From Octopus sinensis (Eukaryota): a stretch of 64,000 nt of DNA. The notes beneath the pieces were generated by a model. It saw nothing but the letters and a program-made list of their open reading frames with translations. It ran no database searches and had not been told where the DNA came from. Where the stretch lies: contig NW_021831286.1 in assembly GCF_006345805.1 (NCBI RefSeq), forward strand, positions 310,001-374,000, given 5' to 3'. The translations under genes were made by a program, and so were the position numbers. The first letter of the stretch is position 1; each line of letters begins with the position of its first letter. This document shows positions 11,780-23,692 of this stretch, piece by piece.

Positions 11780-12468
11780 ATCGTAAAATAATTTCATAAT
11801 TACCAGTAAAAGCCAATAAAAACTGCATAATGTAATCATCAAGTTTTTTTTGATATCCCACTCCCATAAAAATGTTAAATGGAATATGGTTTGTAGTGTC
11901 ATATTTAGAATTATTATATTCGTAGACAATTTATTTAATAATCGCATTATATTCTCCAAACATTCCATTTGAAGCGCTTGTAGAAGATCGATCAAATTAG
12001 CAATGTATCTATCTCTTGGGCGTCTTGCAATAATAGGAGTAATAACCGGCCTTGTAGCTAGCAATTTTTTGGACTGAAATCAAATAATTTAACTAAATAC
12101 CTGACAATAAGCACATTTTTCAATTATTTTGCTAATCTCTTCCCGAGTTGCACCATATATCTTTCCCTTAAGCATAAAAAACATTTTATCTCCTCCAAAA
12201 TGTACATAATTGTCCTCACACTAACCATAATTAAATAAATTGATACTTTTATATATTTCACCTTTAACTCTTGTTCTTCTATGCAGAATAATCTGACTTT
12301 TTTATTCCTTTGGTATATGTAAGCTATATTTTCCTCAATAAGTATTCGGTTAGCAATCCTACGTAATCTAAAACGTTCTCTTCTACTGATTCCGTCATCA
12401 AATGATCCAAATTGTTTAAAAGTTCTTATTTTCAATAAATCCTCTTGTGATAGTGTAATTAGAAACAT
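11780..12468 (-). mobile_element. Ginger-like/retroviral-type integrase relic with two micro-introns
   Basis: Spliced: YIK|CEDNYVHFGGDKMF...KCAYCQ|SKKLLATRPVITPIIARRPRDRYIANLIDL (H2C2 zinc domain plus start of rve). Introns at 12221-12246 and 12074-12100; one frameshift. Confidence 0.75.
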
Positions 12469-12599
12469 TTGTTAACGTGCAAAATTTAATCGAGCAGTTG
12501 TATTTTTAGCAACTAAATGCTGTCGATGGATCAAAAAGAATAGTCAGTACAGTTGGTACGTGTTGTTTTAGGAACGCCATAAAACCACGATAGCAACCG

Positions 12600-12950
12600 A
12601 TCATACCCCATCAGTTGCACAGGCAACTATATTCGTTATTATTATATTTTTGAGAATAAAAAATTCGTTAACTTTGTCGAACATTGATTTCCCTTAGTAT
12701 CGGTTTCTAGAAAAAGTAATTCCTGCATAATCAGGTTATCTTTGACAAAACGTACATATGCAAGTAATAAAGAGTCATTTCCATTAAGTATTGACTCATC
12801 TAACTGTAGACTAAAATGCGTATTTTTCAATATCGAACACAAATTTTTTTCTACATTGAATGCCATGTCATCGATACGTCTCTGTACCGTGTTGTTACTC
12901 AGTGGAATTAAAGTAACGCGAGTTTTTAAAATAGGCTTTCTATTCTAAAA
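12600..12950 (-). mobile_element. hAT (Buster/ZBED5-like) transposase fragment
   Basis: LSNSTVQRRIDDMA...HFSLQLDESILNGNDSLLLAYVRFV. Confidence 0.8.
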
Positions 12951-13139
12951 ATCTAATATCTTAATATAATCTAATATTATAAATAATTTTCATCGTGAAA
13001 TCAATAATTTTCTGTTGTCGTAAATCAATGTAAAAAATCATATGTCTTACATTATATTATAAAACTCGTGATTAACTTGTTATTAAATAATTGAATAATA
13101 AACTAATAAATTATTAGTAGAATTAACCAGGTGTTGTGT

Positions 13140-13540
13140 ATGAGCACTGAAAAAGCGGATATGGCATGGGATCCTTACAAAGTGTATTATCACACTGCTG
13201 AGGAATTAATTATAATGTCAAAACGGGCCGAAATGAGGAAAATACGTAAAGAGCAATACAAGAAGCTTGTTTCCAACCCTTTACGGCCATCAAACACAAC
13301 AATTGTAATATCCTAATATATTTTCAGTTTGATCCTGCTTCTCAGAGATTCTTTTCTATGCGATCGGTCCCCCACGAATTTTACAGGCCGAGTATGAAGG
13401 CATTGGTCGGGAGTTTTGCCTTTTTTGTGTTTCCTGTGTTGATCTCTGGCTATTTCCTGCAACAGAGGAGGATAAAGCACGACACAGAGCGCAGAACTGG
13501 AGTTGTACGTTCTAAAGATGTATTCGGGAAAATGCTTTGA
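13140..13540 (+). CDS. NDUFB4: NADH dehydrogenase 1 beta subcomplex subunit 4
   Basis: One 23-nt intron; KRAEMRKIRKEQYKKLVSNP...FDPASQRFFSMR...FYRPSMK followed by a TM segment and basic tail, the NDUFB4 layout. Confidence 0.8.
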
Positions 13541-14484
13541 CACTAATTTTAAATTATATTTGTTCTTTTTATTAATAAAAAAGATTCGTTCTGAAATTTG
13601 AATATTTGACTTAAAAAGGTGTTTATATATTTATTGGTAGAGTTCTCATTTTAGAGTAGTGACGTTGAGAGATTTGCACAATTTTAATGCAGAAAAATAC
13701 TCAAATCATTTTCAATATTTTGGATCGATCAAGAATTTTTAAACGAAACTAACGAAATTAAATTACAAATAAAGTAAAGCAAAAATCGTTTATGTTTGAA
13801 GAAAACTGTTTTCAGTTCTGGAAAAATAGGGATTGAAAATTGTTGCCAGAACATGATGATTCTCGCTCTTTTTTTACGGGAAGTAACCATAATTTCGATT
13901 TCATAGATGAAGATTTCCTACGACTCGATAAATTTTGCATGATGGACCAAGCGAATTTGATATTTGTTAATTGTCACATACTTTGCTTTGTTCGGTGCCA
14001 ATGAGATAATTTTAGAGGTAAAAAACATGACCCTGCAGTAGAATTCCACACGAGTGATTGAGCGAGTTCCATTCTACATCAGCGACTACATTCGCCTGAC
14101 TTTCATATATTTCAATTCTTGAACAACAACATTTCACCGATTCGTGTCGAAAAATCCAAAAATGAGCAAAAATCAAGCGATGTGTAAAATAGATGGAAAA
14201 GTTTTTCTTTCAGTTGAAAGCATTGATATTCCCAGGTTTTGATGATTAAATCGCCGAGTGGAATAAATTTTGTCTGGCAAATGAAGACAACAAACAAAAC
14301 GTATGTACTATAAGAAATATGAAATTTTTAAAAAGAATACATTTACAAACAGATGTGCAGAACTACACAGGAGAAATAGTGGGAAAAAAACAATTTGCTC
14401 TTTTGGGGTTTAAAAAGTCAGATTTTTACAGACTTTCTAATGAAATCAAATGTAAACAGCATCGAAAATTATATCTGAAATGAT

Positions 14485-16492
14485 GCAACAAAAATGAAAT
14501 TCCATTTTTTCAAAATAAGAGAATAAAGCCGATTGTTAGTGTGATTAAAGAATAAGTAGTTAATAGCTGACGACATCGAATTCTGGGTAGGTAACTTGAT
14601 TCATAACTCCACAAAGATTTTCTTTTCGCGAAATTTTGATATATCCATGATCCCCCCAGCTAGTTCCCCAAGAATTCTTTATAAGCCAGTAATCCAAGCC
14701 ATGATTTGTTGTTCCATATCCTACCAGCAAAACTGCGTGGTCCAGAATGCTAGAAGCTAAAGAAATAACAGTTTAAGAAAACAGCATCTCAAATCTGAAT
14801 ATACTCCATGGTTATATAAGTTAAAGGTCCAAGGACTCGCATCAATTCCGATGGATAGGGGGCCTTACAATATCAAGCAAGACGAGGCTACCTTTTTGAA
14901 TGAGTGCGTTCATTATGGAGTTTTCTGTTGGAAAAATTCTTTTGAAAGTTTTAAATTTAATGTATTGTTTAAAAGGGCCGAGTTTACAAGTCATGTCCTT
15001 CAAATGAGAATAATCACTTACCTCCCCTTTGTATTTTCCATACTCAGAGGTGGTGGCCAATCCAAAATTCTTTATGAAGGAATAAGATCCGACGTCCAAT
15101 CCTCCGAAACATCCTTGATTCTCTTGATTCCATGAACAGTCCACCAAATGTTGTTCAGAGAAATCAATTTTAAGACCGGTCTTTATGTAATAGTGGGATT
15201 CAAACACTCCTGTTGTTGCAAAAGCCCAGCATGATCCGCAAGCCCTTTGATTTTTCACAGGTGTCACTGCATCTGCAAATCAACTCAATGTCATTACCAG
15301 ATGACACCCAACTGAAATTAAGTGGCAGCATTTTGTTATTGGAGAAATCTGAAAATTTCTTTGAATCTTGTTCCATCAAATCATGTCCTTTCTTTCCCAG
15401 ATGACATTCTCTTTTCGAAGAGCCTGTTCCATGGTTGTACCAGTGCTTTATTCCTCGTTCATTAAGTCTCAGCTTGTAAGAACGAGTCTTCTTGTTATGT
15501 TCAGCTACTAGTCTAGGCCACTCAAATCACCCAAATCACCTCTTTAGTTCAACAAGACTTCTCTGCTTTTCTTTCCAAGAATCTTCGTTGTCCTCAAAAC
15601 CTCCGTGGAATTTTCTCCAGATATCATAGTGCTCTGCAAGACCCTCATAAAAATGTTGATTCTGACAATGATCTGTACATGATGCAAGTGAGAATAATAC
15701 TCAGAAACAGTTTTTTAATATCCTTATCGGTTTTTTCAGCAGGGATTTGCTTATAGTTTGTATATTTGAGAATATTTTTCCTAATTAAATTCTTTTGGTC
15801 ACCGTGAATTGTAAATATAATCTCGTATCTAACTGGAATCAAATTCAGATCCGTGAAAAATATATCGGTATGAATAATATTAAAATAAATTGATCTTTGC
15901 CAAGCAAAACAAAGCCCATTTCTGCCCAAGTCACCGTTATTGTCGGACTGACATTTATAGGTCCCGGGCAGTTTCTTGCAAATATATATAAGTTAACAAA
16001 ACCTTAAAATTAGTCATAATGGGAAAGATTCTTTTATAAATTCCTCTTTCTGAATGTTTTATGCATCCTTTTCCGGCGACTCCATCAAAGGACGTCGGAA
16101 AAATGTATATATTTCCATATTTCAGAGAATGTAACAAATATGTTTTTCCTATGGTTGTAGATTAGTTATTTTATACCAGAATCTTCTGATATAATAGACG
16201 AATCTGAGAACGAATCAAACCTTACTTTTAAATCTATGGTTGTATTATCGAATTGGATCTCCATTTTTGCATCAACCTGGTACCTATCGTGAATCTTTGG
16301 CATGTCATTTTCTGATGACTTCACTATGTGGGAAACTAAACGAGTCGAGCTAAAAATGACTCACAAAGTAATAAGGATATCATGGCCTGAATAATATTAA
16401 GGTCAAGTTATTTTTATGTTGAACATTTGATTAGCCACCTTATTATAATATTTGAATAAAATAATTAATTATATTTTAAGTCGTTTACAAGA
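14485..16492. repeat. Left arm of a ~2-kb inverted segmental duplication (partner 28985-30985)
   Basis: The reverse complement aligns by eye across promoter, all exons and introns and 3' UTR, at roughly >90% identity. Confidence 0.95.
14560..16383 (-). CDS. Cathepsin-L-like cysteine protease, 26/29-kDa (cfaD-type) architecture, copy A
   Basis: Nine introns. Short hydrophobic N-terminus, N-terminal extension, I29-like region, [10 protein letters not shown] (Cys), [11 protein letters not shown] (His), IKNSW (Asn). The spliced frame is open in the segments traced; the DCSW..N.GC.GG motif matches the 26/29-kDa family. Confidence 0.9.
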
Positions 16493-16519
16493 CTTTAGCA
16501 GCCAAGAAACTTGCCAACT

Positions 16520-17460
16520 TTTTATTTTTGTCTGAAAACTCATATACTGTAATGGAAGTCACCAGTTTGTGCCAGTCGTTCATCTACAGGGTCAAATGCC
16601 TTTTACTAAATTGTCATATAGTTTTGAACTAAAAACTTACAAAAATCATAAAAAAGACTTATTCATTTCTGAAATGTGCGTTTGCGCAATTGAGTTTTTT
16701 TCCTTCTCAAACTCAATTATTGTCACATTTGACGAACAAAATGAGGTTTTAAAAAACCTATAGTGGTCTGGTTGTATTTCAATGAAGGAAAATCTTACCA
16801 AGAGAATTATATCTCTTCCATTAGAATCTCGGCTAACTTGAAATTCAAAAAAGGACTTGCTATCAAGAATACTAAAAAATTTGAAAATCAAAGCTACAAA
16901 TATAAAAGCTCTATTAAAAGAAAAGAGAAACTTTATCCTTTGTAAAATAAAGAAAAAAGTACATCTGCGACATGAAAGGACACTTAAGTAATACACCGAA
17001 GATGTTTGGGGGCTTAAATTTTGGTCAAAAATTTTCCGAACAATCCGGCTACCAAATAAAGCTGACAGACCTCAAGATCGGCTGTAAATCATAAAAACTG
17101 CATACTACTGGTGTTCACTTTGAATTTTCAAAGGTGACGACGAACACATAACTCAATTTGTCGGAAATCTGAGATCTCTGATTAGCCCAATAACGCTATC
17201 GGAGATACACACAACTCTGAAAGCTGAAAAACAATGAAAGTCTGGGAATTGATGGTATCATATAATGACTTTTGAAACATTCGTCAACATCATTGATGTA
17301 TCAACAAAACAACATTTCAAATGATATATTTGTGAAACACACGGCTGCCCTGTTAGATTAAAGAATGCTGAGAAAATTTGATAGACTGATGTAAAATCTG
17401 AGACCAATCTCTGACGGCTCCACGGGAATCCTTGTTCCTGTCTTGGATAGTATTTGTCCT
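16520..17460 (+). mobile_element. Highly decayed LINE (APE/RT) relic
   Basis: Broken frame resembling the RT start (LKNNESLGIDGI); many stops. Confidence 0.35.
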
Positions 17461-17788
17461 ACAGTACAAAAATGAGTCAAAGTATGGCAAGAAGCATTAT
17501 CTTATTGAAAAATTTAATCCAATTTCAGCGATAATTCCTTGAAATTAATGGATAAAATGTTTAAATATTTCGCACTGCTTATTTTTCCATTTATAAATAA
17601 CAAGATTATCCACCCCAAACTTTCTAAAAATTAACCGTCTGAATTTGATTTTTCCTTTAAATTCAGTTTAAAAAGCAAAAATAATTCTAATCTTGTAAAA
17701 ATTGTTTGAAAAAATTAACAAATTTGTTTGTTGCCGGGCAGTTTATTAAAAGGTTTATATAGTTAATAAAAAATTAGTAATATATTAG

Positions 17789-18890
17789 TTAGTTAAGTAA
17801 TTTGAGAAGCAAAGCACGACAATCCCCTGACGTATTATTTTTTATTTGGCTCATTAGATCATGACTGTATGCTTTCTTATAAGCCTTGGAAATTCCCACT
17901 AGACAGTTCTAATGTAAAACGAGCTACTTAACATCTTTATTTCTGGCAACAAGATAGTATAGAAGATTATCTTTCGTTCGTATTCCATTCAAACTAGTTT
18001 TGAAAAATTTAGCCCAGACATCATCAGGATGGAGTATCAGTCCAATGAACGATTTTAATAATTTTCGAGCCGGTCCTGAAATTTCTCGACTGACTTTATG
18101 CATGATTGATTCATTGGCCAACTTGAAATTAATTTAGTATAAAAACATTTTGGTAATGATTGAACGTCAAATTTAAGTGTTTTTTACTTTTCACAGAGAG
18201 AATATTAATGTAAATGTTTTCGTCGACAAGCCACTGGTTAGCAGGTGTTTCAACAAACGTCTCTGCATCAAATTTTGCCATTACATTGTCGAAAATATCA
18301 TTTTCATTTCTAAATATCTTAAAATTATTTATTTGGAGAAGCCAACATTGACTAAAGACAAAAGAAAATTTTTGTATGATCCGCTTGTGTCTCCTCGAAT
18401 GTCAGTTTCTAGTGAATGGCCATACTCTTAAGTAATTTAGACGTGAATAGTACCTTCTATGTACATTCCTTTTATTATTTCAAATTCCTCGGATGTTCTG
18501 GACGATACTATGATAGTTAGCAGGTCTTCGTCAGTCCCTAGTCCCTAATGATATAAGAATATTGCATAGAAACCTTCATTGAGATGTTCAGAAAATAAAC
18601 GTCAATTTCAAAAGAAGTTTTATACAAAACTGTCAACAGTGTTTTAAAATTTCTAGCATATTTGATATTTATTTGCTGTAATAGATCCTTATTTCAAGTA
18701 AAAGAAATTTAATAACATGTTTAAATATCTCGTTGTAAGCATTTCTGGTTTCAATTAATTGCCTATTTCCTAAATCTCCAGTGAACTTGATCATTTCTTC
18801 AGTGGAGCCTATATTATATTTATTAAACAAGTTTCCTTTCTCCATAATTTCATTTATCGTTCTGGCATATTCATCAAATATTGACGGCAT
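17789..18890 (-). CDS. Annexin (four repeats, divergent)
   Basis: Spliced: MK|GLGTDEDLLTIIVSSRT...EYGHSLETDIRGDTSGSYKNFLLSLV...LMSQIKNNTSGDCRALLLKLLN*. Only partly visible in the ORF track. Confidence 0.9.
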
Positions 18891-19510
18891 TCTATAATGT
18901 AGTACTACTAGTTGTATATATATTAAACATTTGTGAACAAATGTCAATTAGTTTAAACTGCGCGAGATTATATTTGAATGGCGCACAAATTGATAATTTG
19001 AGTGAATAATTAAATTGTAATTGTTAGTAAAGATACTCATTACTGCTTATTTTGAATTTGACTTGATTCCTAATTGCACAAATTAAATAAAAATGAAACT
19101 TTTATTAATAAAAAAAACTAATTGACTCGAGTTTACTCTCGGTTACTCACCATTTCTATAACTCGATATTTTTTTGCAAAAACTGCAATTTTTACAAATT
19201 TTATTGCTCGCAAAATTCACTTAATCCCTACGTTTCAGCGTAAAAAAATTAAAATTTATTATTTTTTTCTCATAAAATAACAATCAAATTAAAAAGGTAC
19301 ACCAAAACACAAGAATTTACGTACTTTAAAAATAATGAACTTGATGAATATCTTTAAAACAATAACGATGAAAATGACAGCGAAAATATTTATTTAAACG
19401 TTCATAGTCACTTAAATGAATGTTTAAAATTGTAGAAATTTTTTTGATAAAAGATACTATTGTGATGTCTAAATTGTCATAATTTGGACACATATTTCAG
19501 GAGGATAATA

Positions 19511-20126
19511 TGTCACATGCCTCAGGGATTACTATGCCCCACTCGTTACCTCCAAATTATTTCTGAGAAATAATTGATTAATGATTTTTCTAAAGGTTTA
19601 AAATCATCTGTAGATCTCTTATAAAAAACTCAAACTTTATCCAGTTTTTTAGTTTAAAATCATATATAGATCTGAAGTTTAAAACGAAAATTAAATTTGT
19701 CCTTTTTTGATTCTTTTCATGTGAACAATCTTTGTATCTCCATTCGAAAATTCTACTTAAATTTTTCAAACCCTAAACCCAACCAATTCCTAACCTTCAC
19801 CCTAACCTTCACCAAACCCTAACCTTCACCCAAACCCTAACCTTCACCCAAACCTTAACCTTCACCCAAACCTAACCTTCACCCAACCCTAACCTATACC
19901 CTAACCCTAACCTATACCCTAACCATAACCATGAGATAAAACAGCATGCTTAATTTATTGTTTTTAATGATAATGGTTAAGCATTGAAAAAATAAAAATC
20001 CATAATATTATTAATTTTTAAATTAATAAGTAAATATATTTCAATCATTTAAATATTTTAAATTGAAATTTTAAAAATTTAGAGCAATGTAACGAGCGGG
20101 GCATGTAACGAACAGGGCATGTGACA
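19511..20126. mobile_element. 616-bp MITE with TG...CA ends, ~40-bp imperfect TIRs and 5-bp TSD (TAATA)
   Basis: Left end TGTCACATGCC..ATGCCCCACTCGTTAC; right end GTAACGAGCGGGGCAT..GGCATGTGACA; TAATA at 19506-19510 and 20127-20131. Confidence 0.85.
19771..19934. repeat. Degenerate telomere-like array (CCCTAA with CCTTCA/CCCAAA/CCTATA variants)
   Basis: About 27 hexamer-like units, with a higher-order CCCTAA-CCTTCA-CCCAAA 18-mer repeated about 5 times. Confidence 0.9.
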
Positions 20127-20139
20127 TAATATAAATAGG

Positions 20140-20711
20140 ATATCTTGTATCTGGAAAAAGAAAACAAGGAAAACCAAAATCAAGTTAGACATCACAAGTT
20201 GTTAAAATAGCCGGACATCATTTTTTGGAAATTGCAGAGCTGGTTAAAGGCAGGATTTCGTAAAGGAATTTGATCAATAGAATCTTCAATAGCCGTGGGA
20301 CTCCATACACATCCTTTTCCTCTCTGGCTCTGTAGACCTTTGGGAATGTGCAGTTCAGTGTCTTTCGCTAACCAAATGTCAAGAAAAGACTGAATTAGCG
20401 AGCATTGATCGAAATACCCTCCATAATTTATTTAAAAACAGCTGACTGGATATAAGGCTATAGCGACTTTTCTACATCAAACTTTCTTAAGTAACTTTTG
20501 TAATATTTGGTGACTATAGATGACATTTGAAGTTTGTATTTGACAAATTGACTTGAAAATGGTATAGTTTATCCCATGTCATTGTAAACAGAATGACATT
20601 TACTTCAGACTGGTATATAAGCCCTAGCTCGTTTGCAAGGAGGTCATAATTTTTCCTTTTTTCCAGTTTTACTTTCTCTAAACGATCTAGGCATGTGATG
20701 CTTATTTTCAC
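20140..20711 (-). mobile_element. R4/Dong-like (REL endonuclease) LINE relic
   Basis: KISITCLDRLEKVKLEKRKNYDLLANELGLIY...MTWD is the typical C-terminal endonuclease motif; decayed related sequence lies alongside. Confidence 0.75.
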
Positions 20712-20827
20712 AAAATCTCCCTTGTACCCTTATTTGGTAAATTGATGAAAAATATTAAAGATAATGTGAATTTTTTTAATATTTTCGACACGAAATTAAA
20801 TAAATTATTTTCATTAATTTAATAAAA

Positions 20828-23557
20828 ATGTATAAGAAAAATGTTTATACTTTATTATGTTTAACCATACTTGTGATTCAAATAAAATCTTTGGGGGATT
20901 ATTTTTCTTGTATTTTTGTTGACTTTTTCAAATCTTCAATGAATAAAAAAAGCTCAAACTCACAATTTAAAAATGCCTTAGAAGCAATTCTTCATGAACT
21001 AGGGTTAAATTAGACACATATATTGTGTTACTTAATCTGATTAATTTACACATTTTAACCTTCCCTCTAGTTTAGACGAATGTGCACCAGAAAGATCAGA
21101 CTATATCTTTCCTGAAATAAATCAGCTCAGAATAATATGCAAAAATGCTATTTTTTATATTTCTAAATCAATGGAACTTTCGAATAGATCAGAAATATTG
21201 AAGACTGAGGTCCCTAAATTTTCTAAAAATAAAAATTTAGAAAAGATTTGAAATTTTAAGCGATTTTTTCAACGACGTTGCCTCTACGTCAGACAATGTA
21301 TTATCAGATAATTTCAAGTTTGTAAAAGTATTAAAAATGTAGAAACTTTTTTAAAATAAATGGAGATGTCTTGTCTTCAGTCTCTAGCAGTCGAACCATG
21401 TATCATTCCAGCATCCAACAAGACGTCATTGAGAAATTGGAATCATATCTTAAGGTTTGTCTCTTTAATTACTCTATCGGTAGCCTCTTAAGAATATCTG
21501 TAGAAAACGAAAACATTATGAATTTGCATACCAACAACTAAAATGCAAAAGAAATAAGTTTAAATCAAAGAAAATTAACAAATAGATTATCAGCAATGTC
21601 CCCGAATGTCCCAAATCTTCATTCTTTGCAAATTCAGTATCTGAAGATGTATACAGATTTTATAGAATTGGAGGTTCTACGGCAATTAAAATTTGACTAT
21701 CTAGGAAACTTATATGGCCTCACTTTATTCAATGTCCGACTTGAGAAGAGAAATAGTTTTGCTAATTAAAAAAGTATTTATTTTGCAATAAATAGTTCTT
21801 TATTCTCACCCATAATTTTTATTCAAATACGTCACTTTCCTATGAGAAAAAACTCATTTCGCTTCAAAAACTTGCCGGTAAACTTTCCTTAAAACATTGC
21901 AGACATTGACGCTTCTCGAACTTTTGGTCTCTCTCTGCACACGTTGGCTGAAACCAGCGGTCAAGAAATTTCTAGCATTATAATTTCTCTTTGTGAACTT
22001 CTTATAAAGTCGGATGCCATCAAAGAGGAAGTCTTGTATACATTTCACATCCTCAGGGAATTTTTCGAATATCTGGATCACTGTCTAAATCCAAATACTA
22101 TCAGGCATTAATCGACAATGAAGCCATGTCTAATATCCCTTCGAATTTTGATCGTTACGCTCTTGCTTGTGATAATTTTAAATTATTCCAGCCACATTCA
22201 AACGATACATTTCATCTCTGCCAGAATCCCTTATCGACAATTCATACATTGACGAGTATTCGGAAATAATCAAAATGTTTTTATTTATATTCATTCATAG
22301 GAAATTAGAGACGGTCAAACTAGAAAAAATGAAACAAGTGCTTTCTAGATTTAATAAAATTCTCTTTGTTAATCTCGAGTATTTTTAGAGATGATTATTT
22401 CATTAGATATGTTTTGGGATTTCTTCATTTGGTCAAGTCGTTCAGTGATACTAATCTGATGACAGCGAGTAATTTGGCAATAATCTTCGGGCCTAATATG
22501 TTGAAACCAAACGAAAATTTAAAGTATTTAGCTGAATTTATATTTTTAGTGAAATAAGATTCGTTTTTAATACAAATATTCTAAGTTGCGCAGTGACCGA
22601 ACTACTCTTAAACAACTTTTCTTATTTTTTCTCAGATTGTTTTAAAACCAATCAAACAATTAAAAGAAAAAGTTGTATTTATTTTTATTTCTATATAGGC
22701 TCTATTCGTAAATCACCTTGTTCCGTTCTAACTCATGTCAAAAATCTAAAAAGGACACCGTTTACGGAAAGTGTGGTTTTTGGAGAATGCATTGAGACTT
22801 ACTCACTGAAAGTAAAATCAAAGATAGTCCCTGCCATTAAAATTTGCTTGTCGTGCATAGAACATCTTCCCACTAATTTTGAGGAAGTTTGGCTGACTTT
22901 TGCTTAATAGATTATTGAACTATTTGAACAAAATATGCACGATCAGGTAAAAGAATTTTGCACATGTCTTATTCATTCAAGCTCAAGTCCGGAAAGTGAC
23001 TTTAGAGTACATTGGGCTGTCGCTTTCGGTAAATAATATATTTCCGTAAAATGTAGTCGTTTTAAAAAAGTATCTAAAAATGTTGCCAAATGCACTTTGT
23101 CACAGCAGAATATTCAATGAGTGGATTTCTATTGTATCAAATTGTTCAAAGTTGATTATAAAAATTACATTTTAGCACTCTAGAAGAACAAGAAATGATG
23201 ATTCATACACTTTATAAAAAAATTCCACAAATATTAAAATTAAATTTCAGGTCATTATTTCAAACTTAAATTTTAGATATGTTTTTCACCATTTTAAAGA
23301 TATTCTGGACAATTTTTGCAAAAAGGAATACTGTCTTAATGTTTTATCAAAGCATCTTGGACCTCTGATTTATAGACCTGCTATGTTGTCGCCAAATTTA
23401 CTTTTAATTTAGTGCTACGTCAATGACCGATAAAGAAATTAAACTAGCAACAAAACTATTTAAAATTACTCTTTCTAGTTTAGAATATGTCAAATTTAAT
23501 TTCGACTCAACGAACATGGAAGAAGCTGAATATCGCAAATACAGTGCCAATAATTAA
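20828..23557 (+). CDS. RhoGAP protein with two tandem GAP domains (second lacks the Arg finger) and a helical N-terminus
   Basis: Domain 1: FGLSL...KEE|GIFRISGS...LMTASNLAIIFGPNML. A continuous spliced frame leads to domain 2: VFGECI...FEE|IIELFE...VLKKYLKMLPNAL...HLGPLIYRP. Start and stop are approximate. Confidence 0.8.
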
Positions 23558-23692
23558 TTTTAACTTACAAATAAAGGATTTAATTTATTTTCTTTAAAAT
23601 TAAGCACAAACTTTATGAACGTCTAAATAATCAAGAATTTAATAATTATAAATTGTGTAATAAACATAAATATTATTATTCACTCGTGGTGA

